A stretch of DNA of 41,542 nt from Candidatus Pelethomonas intestinigallinarum (GTDB taxonomy: Bacteria; Bacillota; Clostridia; Oscillospirales; Oscillospiraceae), in contig DVGP01000262.1 of NCBI GenBank assembly GCA_018712665.1, forward strand, positions 1 to 41,542, given 5' to 3'. Each line of letters opens with the position of its first letter. Within the stretch, counting starts at the first letter, position 1. This document shows positions 33,002 to 38,888 of the stretch, one piece after another. The notes under the pieces were generated by a model, which ran no database searches, was not told the DNA's origin, and saw only the letters and a list, made by a program, of their open reading frames with translations. The translations under genes and the position numbers were made by a program.

Positions 33002-33031
33002 GAGGAGGGCGCCCCGGGGGGCGCCCTCCTC
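33002..33031. terminator. GC-rich hairpin, right copy (13 nt downstream of the livF stop)
   Basis: GAGGAGGGCGCCCC-gg-GGGGCGCCCTCCTC. On the minus strand it follows the livF stop (33045). There is no clean U-tract, because the repeat element abuts it. Confidence 0.55.
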
Positions 33032-33044
33032 ACTGTATTCGCGC

Positions 33045-33752
33045 TTATCCCCCCAGGTACGCCTCCCGGACCTTGTCGCTGGCCATCAGCTCCGCGCCGG
33101 TGCCGCTCAGGGAGATGCGGCCGGTCTCCAGCACGTAGGCCCGGTCCGCCACGGACAGGGCCGCCTGGGCGTTCTGCTCCACCAGGAGGATGGTGGTGCC
33201 AGCGGCGTGGAGCTCCCGGATGATGTCGAAGATCTGCTCCACCAGGATGGGCGCCAGGCCCATGGAGGGCTCATCCAGCATCAGCAACCTGGGGTGGCTC
33301 ATCAGAGCCCGGCCCATGGCCAGCATCTGCTGCTCGCCGCCGGAGAGGGTCCCGGCGATCTGCTTCCGCCGCTCCTGGAGCCGGGGGAAGCGGCGGTACA
33401 CGTCCTCGATGCTCCCGTCGATGGAGGCCTTAGACTGGGTATAGGCCCCCATCTCCAGGTTCTCCTCCACGGTCATCTGCAGGAAGATCCGCCGCCCCTC
33501 GGGGACCTGGGCCATGCCCCGGGCCACCAGCTTGTGGGGGGGAACGCCTTTCAGGTCCTGCCCCATAAAGGTCACGGACCCGCCCCGGGGGTGGAGGAGG
33601 CCGGAGATGGTGTTGAGCACCGTGGACTTCCCGGCGCCGTTGGCGCCGATGAGGGTGACGATCTCCCCCTCGTTGACCTCCAGGGACACGCCCTTCACGG
33701 CGTGGATGCTGCCGTAGTAGACGTGGATGTCGTTGACTGCCAGCATGGCCAT
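33045..33752 (-). CDS. livF: Branched-chain amino acid ABC transporter, ATP-binding protein LivF
   Basis: ORF 33045..34163. The start MAMLAVNDIHVYYG at 33752 overlaps the livG stop by 1 nt. Motifs present: GANGAGKST, LSGGEQQMLA and LLMLDEPSMGLAP. Confidence 0.9.
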   Translation of the reverse strand: MAMLAVNDIHVYYGSIHAVKGVSLEVNEGEIVTLIGANGAGKSTVLNTISGLLHPRGGSVTFMGQDLKGVPPHKLVARGMAQVPEGRRIFLQMTVEENLEMGAYTQSKASIDGSIEDVYRRFPRLQERRKQIAGTLSGGEQQMLAMGRALMSHPRLLMLDEPSMGLAPILVEQIFDIIRELHAAGTTILLVEQNAQAALSVADRAYVLETGRISLSGTGAELMASDKVREAYLGG

Positions 33753-34603
33753 CACTTTTCCTCCTTCCGCTTGCCCAGGTAGGCCTCGATGACGGCGGGG
33801 TTGGCCTGGATCTCCTCCGGGGTGCCCTTGGCGATGATGCGGCCGAAGTTCAGCACGCAGATGCCCTCGCAGATGCCCATGACCAGGTTCATGTCGTGCT
33901 CGATGAGCATGATGGCGATCTGGAAGGTGTCCCGGATCTTGACGATGTTGTCCATGAGCTCCGCCGTCTCCGAGGGGTTCATCCCCGCCGCCGGCTCGTC
34001 CAGCAGCAGCAGGCTGGGGTTGGTGGCCAGGGCCCGGACGATCTCCAGCCGCCGCTGGGCGCCGTAGGGCAGGGACCCGGCCTTGTAGTCCGCCATGTCC
34101 TGCATGTCGAAGATGCTCAGCAGCTCCATGGCGCTCTCGTGGGCGGCCCGCTCCTGCTTCCAATAGGAGGGCAGGCGCAGCACGCCGCTCCAGGCGGAGT
34201 AGGGGGTCTGGTTGTGGAGACCCACCTTCACGTTCTCTTCCACTGTGAGCTTGTCAAAGAGGCGGATATTCTGGAAGGTCCGGGCGATGCCCGCCCGGCT
34301 GACCTGGGCGGTGGTCATGGAGTGGGTGTCCATGCCGTCCAGGAGGATGGTGCCCCTGGTGGGCTGGTAGACCTTTGTGAGCAGGTTGAACACCGTGGTC
34401 TTGCCCGCGCCGTTGGGGCCGATGAGGCCGGCGATCTCCGTGCGGCCGATGGCCATGTTGAAATCCTTGACGGCGGAGAGGCCGCCGAAGTCGATCCCCA
34501 AGTGCCGGCACTCCAGCACCGGGCTCTGGCCGATGTCCCGCTCGGGGATGATGTTGGTGGAGGGCACCGGCACCAGCTTGGGCTTTGGGTACTGCTTCTT
34601 CAT
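33752..34603 (-). CDS. livG: Branched-chain amino acid ABC transporter, ATP-binding protein LivG
   Basis: 283-aa ORF with GPNGAGKTT, LPYGAQRRLEI, LLLLDEPAAGMN and the LivG-type C-terminal extension. Confidence 0.9.
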   Translation of the reverse strand: MKKQYPKPKLVPVPSTNIIPERDIGQSPVLECRHLGIDFGGLSAVKDFNMAIGRTEIAGLIGPNGAGKTTVFNLLTKVYQPTRGTILLDGMDTHSMTTAQVSRAGIARTFQNIRLFDKLTVEENVKVGLHNQTPYSAWSGVLRLPSYWKQERAAHESAMELLSIFDMQDMADYKAGSLPYGAQRRLEIVRALATNPSLLLLDEPAAGMNPSETAELMDNIVKIRDTFQIAIMLIEHDMNLVMGICEGICVLNFGRIIAKGTPEEIQANPAVIEAYLGKRKEEK

Positions 34604-35691
34604 CCCTGAACGCCTCCTTCCCGGCTCTTTCCGCGCCTGAACTTCTTGCCCGCCGTCTCCAGGAGGGAGCGGAGGGTGGGGTTATTGGTGATGAGCATCA
34701 CCAGGATCAGCACGATGGCGTACACCAGCATCCGCAGGTCGTTGAACTCCCGCAGGGCCTCGGGCAGCACATACAGCACCACCGTGGCGACGATGGAGCC
34801 CCAGATATTGCCCAGGCCTCCCAGCACCACATACACCAGCACCAGGATGGACTGGTTGAAGTCGAACTGGGCGGCGCTGACGCTGGAATAGTTCAGGCCG
34901 AACAGGGCGCCGGCGGCGCCGGCCAGGGAGGCGGAGGTGACAAAGGCGATGAGCTTGTACTTGGTCACGTTGATGCCCACGCTCTCCGCCGCGATGCGGT
35001 TGTCCCGGATGGCCATGACCGCCCGACCGGTGCGGCTGCGGACCAGGTTGAGCACCACGATGAGGGTGATCATCACCAGCACAAAACCCATGGTGAAGGT
35101 GGCGATGCGGGTGTTGCCCGAGGCCCCCTGGGCGCCCTTGATGATCTCCACGCCGTTCTCGCTGAGCCCCAGGCTGGCGATGCTCTTGGTGCCGTCGATA
35201 TTCAGGGCGATGTGCAGGCCGTTCTCATCCCAGCCCACCAGCAGACAGTTGATGATGTCCCTGATGATCTCGCCGAAGGCCAGGGTGACGATGGCCAGGT
35301 AGTCCCCCCGGAGCCGCAGCACCGGGATGCCCACGATGAAGCCCACGATGGCGGCGAAAAAGGCGCCCACCACCAGGGCCAGGACCATCCTCGCCAGGTC
35401 GTTGGGGATGGCGGACTGGAGGCTCATGGCGGTGATGATGCCGGAGAAGGCTCCCACGCTCATGAACCCCGCGTGGCCCAGGCTCAGCTCCCCCAGGATG
35501 CCCACCGTCAGGTTCAGGCTCACCGCCATGCAGACGTAGCAGCAGATGGGCACCAGCATACCGGTCACAGAGCGGCTCAGCAGCCCCGCGCTCTGGCAGG
35601 CCGAGACAACGACAAAGGCCAGGATGACCCCCAGGTAGGTGGCGTAGTCCACCTTGGCAGCGGTCTTCATGTTCTTGATATAGCTTCTCAT
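34600..35691 (-). CDS. livM: Branched-chain amino acid ABC transporter permease LivM
   Basis: ORF 34600..35721. The start MRSYIKNMK at 35691 follows GAGGTGGCGGGA. It is polytopic with the LivM-type motif LNLTVGILGELSLGHAGFM. A 4-nt overlap joins it to livG. Confidence 0.85.
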   Translation of the reverse strand: MRSYIKNMKTAAKVDYATYLGVILAFVVVSACQSAGLLSRSVTGMLVPICCYVCMAVSLNLTVGILGELSLGHAGFMSVGAFSGIITAMSLQSAIPNDLARMVLALVVGAFFAAIVGFIVGIPVLRLRGDYLAIVTLAFGEIIRDIINCLLVGWDENGLHIALNIDGTKSIASLGLSENGVEIIKGAQGASGNTRIATFTMGFVLVMITLIVVLNLVRSRTGRAVMAIRDNRIAAESVGINVTKYKLIAFVTSASLAGAAGALFGLNYSSVSAAQFDFNQSILVLVYVVLGGLGNIWGSIVATVVLYVLPEALREFNDLRMLVYAIVLILVMLITNNPTLRSLLETAGKKFRRGKSREGGVQG

Positions 35692-35701
35692 TCCCGCCAC
35701 C

Positions 35702-36622
35702 TCACACTTTCTCGGGCACATACTTGCCCAGCAGGCCCGAGGGCTTCACCAGCAGCACCACAATCAGCACGGCGAACAGGATGGAGTTGGACAGCTGGGT
35801 GGAGATGTACGCCTGGGCCATGGCCTCGATGATGCCCAGCAGGATGCCCCCCAGGAAGGCCCCGGGGATGGAGCCGATGCCGCCGAAGACCGCGGCGGTG
35901 AAGGCCTTGATGCCGGGCATGGAGCCGGTGGTGGGCTTGAGCACCGGGGAGTAGGAGCACAGCAGCACCCCGGCGATGGCCGCCAGGGCGGAGCCGATGG
36001 CGAAGGTCATGGAGATGGTCCGGTTGACGTTGATGCCCATGAGCTGGGCCGCTCCCCGGTCCTCGGAACAGGCCCGCATGGCCTTGCCCATCTTGCTTCT
36101 GCTGGTGAAGGCGGTCAGGGCGAGCATGATGACGATGCAGGCCGCCACGGTCAAAAGGGCCACGTAGGAGATCCGCAGCCGGCCGCTGAAGAGGGTCAGC
36201 TGGCCGCTGATGACCGGGGTGAAGTTCACCGGGTTGGCGCCGAAGAGGAGCTGGGCGCCGTTCTGCAAAAAGTAGCTGACGCCGATGGCGGTGATCAGCA
36301 CCGCCAGGGAACCGGCCTGGCGCAGGGGACGGTAGGCCAGCCCCTCGATGATCACGCCCAGCACCGTGCACACCGCCATGGCGGCCAGCACCGACAGCAG
36401 GGTGGCCCCGGCGGAGGCCAGAGCGGAGGGGTTCTCCCCCAGCAGGCTGTTCGCGGCGAAGGAGGTGGTGTAGAAGGACACATAGGCCCCCACCATGATG
36501 ACGTCGCCGTGGGCGAAGTTCAGCATCTTGGCGATGCCGTAGACCATGGTGTAGCCCAGGGCGATGATGGCGTAGATGCTGCCAAGGCTGACGCCGTTGA
36601 TCAGATAGGACAGAAATTCCAT
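35702..36622 (-). CDS. livH: Branched-chain amino acid ABC transporter permease LivH
   Basis: ORF 35702..36757. The start MEFLSYLINGVSLGSIYAIIALGYTMVYG at 36622 is the classic LivH N-terminus. Confidence 0.85.
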   Translation of the reverse strand: MEFLSYLINGVSLGSIYAIIALGYTMVYGIAKMLNFAHGDVIMVGAYVSFYTTSFAANSLLGENPSALASAGATLLSVLAAMAVCTVLGVIIEGLAYRPLRQAGSLAVLITAIGVSYFLQNGAQLLFGANPVNFTPVISGQLTLFSGRLRISYVALLTVAACIVIMLALTAFTSRSKMGKAMRACSEDRGAAQLMGINVNRTISMTFAIGSALAAIAGVLLCSYSPVLKPTTGSMPGIKAFTAAVFGGIGSIPGAFLGGILLGIIEAMAQAYISTQLSNSILFAVLIVVLLVKPSGLLGKYVPEKV

Positions 36623-36711
36623 AAGCTCTCGCACCTCTCTCTTTCTCTCTATGGCAGAAACCAGGGCGGAAGGCCCTTCCGCTTCCCGCCGTGGTTTCCG
36701 CCATAGAAACA

Positions 36712-36748
36712 CAGGGTGGCTGCCGGAAAACTCCGGCAGCCCGCCCTG
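36712..36748 (-). terminator. Intra-operon stem-loop just after livJ (partial terminator / mRNA-stabilising hairpin)
   Basis: On the minus-strand RNA: CAGGGCGGGCUGCCGGA-guuu-UCCGGCAGCCACCCUG followed by UGUUUCUAU. A second long imperfect hairpin lies at 36651..36704 (ATGGCAGAAACCA...TGGTTTCCGCCAT). Confidence 0.5.
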
Positions 36749-36766
36749 TCTGTTCACTTTGCCGTA

Positions 36767-37996
36767 TCAGGGGGTGACATAGGTGCCGTTCTCGATGATC
36801 ACGGCGGCGGGGTCCTTGCTGACGGCGCCGTTCTCATCCCAGGTCATCTCGGACCCGGCGCTGGTCAGGCCCACGACGGACAGGTCGCCCATGGCGGCGA
36901 TGAGCGCGTCGCAGATCTCCTCGTTGGACATGTCGGCGGTGACGCCGGCGGCCTGGATGGCCTCGTAGATGATGTAAACACCGTCATAGGCGTCGGCGGC
37001 GAACTGGTTGGGGGTCTCCCCGTAGCGCTCCTGGTACTCGGCCACAAAGCTCTGGGTGGCCTCATCCTCCGCGTCGGCGGAGAAGGGGGTCAGCAGGTAC
37101 ACGCCCTCGGCCAGGGAGGTGTCGAAGCCGGGCAGGGTCAGGATGCCGTCCATGCCGTCCACCCCGAAGAAGGTGGGGGCGTAGCCCATGGCATTGGCCT
37201 GGGTCAGGATGACGGAAGCGGGCTCATAGTAGATGGGCAGGAAGATCATATCCGCCCCGGCGGACTGGGCGCCGGTGAGCTGGTTGTTGAAGTCGGTCTG
37301 GCTGGCCTCGGTAAAGGTGCCCTCATAGACGATGGACATGCCCCGGCTCTCCGCCTCGGCCACAAAGTTGTCCCGGATGCCCTGGGAGTAGGCGTCATCG
37401 TTGCGGTAGATGACGGCGATCTGGGGGTCCTCAAAGTGCTCGTCGATGTACTGGGCGGAGCGGGTGCCCTGGTTGGAATCGGTGAAGCACACCTGGAAGA
37501 CGTTGTCGTTGCCCTCGATGACGTCGTCGCCGGAGCCGGAGGGCGTCAGGGTGAACACCCGCTCCTCATAGGCGTAGGGCACCACGGCCAGGGCGGGGCC
37601 GGTGGTGACCGTACCCAGCAGGATCTGCATTCCCTGGTCCATCAGGGCGTTATAGGCGTTGACGGCAGTCTCGGCATCGCCGGTGTCGTCCTCGCTGATC
37701 AGGCTGAACTGGACGTCGCCGCCCAGGGCGTTGATCTCGTCCACGGCGATCTGGGCCGCGTTGGCCACGTTGGTGCCATAGATGGCGTTGCCGCCGGTCA
37801 GGGGGCCGATGACGCCGATGGTAAAGGTGCCGCCGGCCGCGCCGGAGGCGTCGCCGCTGGCGTTGCCCGCGGTATCGCCGCTGGTGTTGGCGCCGCCGGC
37901 GTCATTGCCGGAAGTGCCGGCGCTGTTGTTGCCGCCGCAGGCCACGAGGGCCAGGGCCATGGTCAGCGCCAGAAGCATCGCAAGAAACTTCTTCAT
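36767..37996 (-). CDS. livJ: Branched-chain amino acid ABC transporter substrate-binding lipoprotein (LivJ/LivK family)
   Basis: ORF 36767..38125. The start MKKFLAMLLALTMALALVACGG at 37996 (lipobox LVAC) follows AAAGGAG. It has a Gly/Asn/Ser/Ala-rich linker and then a type I periplasmic-binding fold (IGVIGPLTGGNAIYG...). Confidence 0.9.
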   Translation of the reverse strand: MKKFLAMLLALTMALALVACGGNNSAGTSGNDAGGANTSGDTAGNASGDASGAAGGTFTIGVIGPLTGGNAIYGTNVANAAQIAVDEINALGGDVQFSLISEDDTGDAETAVNAYNALMDQGMQILLGTVTTGPALAVVPYAYEERVFTLTPSGSGDDVIEGNDNVFQVCFTDSNQGTRSAQYIDEHFEDPQIAVIYRNDDAYSQGIRDNFVAEAESRGMSIVYEGTFTEASQTDFNNQLTGAQSAGADMIFLPIYYEPASVILTQANAMGYAPTFFGVDGMDGILTLPGFDTSLAEGVYLLTPFSADAEDEATQSFVAEYQERYGETPNQFAADAYDGVYIIYEAIQAAGVTADMSNEEICDALIAAMGDLSVVGLTSAGSEMTWDENGAVSKDPAAVIIENGTYVTP

Positions 37997-38071
37997 AACT
38001 GATTGACTCCTTTTCAAATGTGCCGTCCGGATGGGGTCCGCCGCCGAAGCGGCAGCCAGGGCGCCGGAATG

Positions 38072-38104
38072 CGCAAAAGCGGCGCCGCTCGGTTCCGCGC
38101 CGCT
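38072..38104 (-). promoter_or_regulatory. Terminator-like hairpin inside the ~140-nt liv leader (candidate attenuator)
   Basis: On the minus-strand RNA: AGCGGCGC-(11 nt)-GCGCCGCU followed by UUUGCGC. The 3-prime arm region (GGCGCCG) could alternatively pair with the downstream CCGGCGCC. An outer helix GGAUGGG...CCCAUCC encloses the region. Confidence 0.35.
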
Positions 38105-38145
38105 CTTGCCTTCCCCAAGGCCCATCCCTCCCGAATGGTAGGTCT

Positions 38146-38174
38146 ATGATAAAACCTAATCTATAAAAAGTCAA
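38146..38174 (-). promoter_or_regulatory. Sigma-A promoter of the liv operon
   Basis: On the minus strand: TTGACT (38174..38169), a 17-nt spacer, then TATCAT (38151..38146), about 150 nt upstream of the livJ ATG. Confidence 0.6.
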
Positions 38175-38236
38175 CCGTCATTCTGTACACAATTTGTTCA
38201 CAGGTAAGCCCCGGACTTTATCGCCATTTCACACAT

Positions 38237-38251
38237 ATTTTTCTGAATTTT
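38237..38251. promoter_or_regulatory. CodY-box-like motif upstream of the liv promoter
   Basis: ATTTTTCTGAATTTT matches the AATTTTCWGAAAATT consensus at 12 of 15 positions. It lies in an AT-rich patch ~65 bp upstream of the liv -35 box. Confidence 0.3.
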
Positions 38252-38397
38252 TTTGCAATCTTGCCAAATACTGCCGACCTTCCTCTTCTCCTCTCCCTTT
38301 TCCGCGCCGAAGTAAACATGAAATTTCCTCATATCTATGAGCCAATTCTTAATGGGGGCTGGAGCGCCCCCCGCTCCTTTGCCGCGGCAAATTAAGG

Positions 38398-38426
38398 TTG
38401 ACATCTGTAGAACTATATGGTATCCT
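38398..38426 (+). promoter_or_regulatory. Sigma-A promoter of the BlaI/BlaR1-like operon
   Basis: TTGACA (38398-38403), a 17-nt spacer ending in TGg (extended -10), then TATCCT (38421-38426). The spacer contains TGTAgaacTAtA, a weak TACA/TGTA-type dyad of the kind bound by BlaI/CopY repressors. Confidence 0.55.
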
Positions 38427-38504
38427 GATAAAGAAGAGGCGGCCGGACCGCCTCAAGAAGAAAAACGATCAGGCGGCGCTCATGCGCCGGGAAAGGAGGC
38501 GGAG

Positions 38505-38885
38505 ATGTCCCACAAGCAGATCTCTCTATCCGCCGGGGAGTGGCAGATCATGGAGCGGCTGTGGGAGAAGCAGCCCATGACCCTGATGGAGCTGGTCCGG
38601 GCCCTGGCCCCGGAGACCGGCTGGAGCAAGTCCACCATTGTCACCATGGTCACCCGGCTGGAGGCCAAGGGGGCGGTGACCTACGCCGAGGGGGGCCGGG
38701 CACGGCTCTACTCCCCCACCATCACCCGGGAGGCCGCGGCCCTGCGGGAGACAGAGTCCCTGCTCAAGCGGGTGTACCGGGGCAGCGTGGGGATGCTGGT
38801 CAGCACCCTGGCCCAGGGCGGCGACCTGACGGAAGACGACATCGCGGAGCTGACAGCGATCCTGGAGAAGGCGAAGGAGGGATAA
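38505..38885 (+). CDS. BlaI/MecI/CopY-family transcriptional repressor
   Basis: ORF 38337..38885. The start MSHKQISLSAGEWQIMERLWEKQPMTLMELVRAL at 38505 follows GAAAGGAGG. It has the typical winged-helix (WSKSTIVTMVTRLEAKG) and a C-terminal dimerisation helix. Confidence 0.85.
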   Translation: MSHKQISLSAGEWQIMERLWEKQPMTLMELVRALAPETGWSKSTIVTMVTRLEAKGAVTYAEGGRARLYSPTITREAAALRETESLLKRVYRGSVGMLVSTLAQGGDLTEDDIAELTAILEKAKEG

Positions 38886-38888
38886 GGT

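Noticed and set aside
37997-38145. T-box riboswitch as the explanation for the liv leader
   Set aside because: The leader is too short (~140 nt). I could find no T-box sequence (AGGGUGGNACCGCG-like), AG bulge or specifier-loop organisation.
38180-38200. Second CodY-like site, AATTGTGTACAGAAT (minus strand), next to the liv -35 box
   Set aside because: It matches only about 9 of 15 consensus positions, which is not better than expected by chance in an AT-rich patch.
38198-38404. 68-aa minus-strand ORF and the 5-prime part of ORF 38337..38885 in the liv/blaI divergent control region
   Set aside because: There is no RBS. The region is AT-rich regulatory DNA containing two promoters. The 38337 start adds an implausible extension upstream of the conserved BlaI N-terminus.
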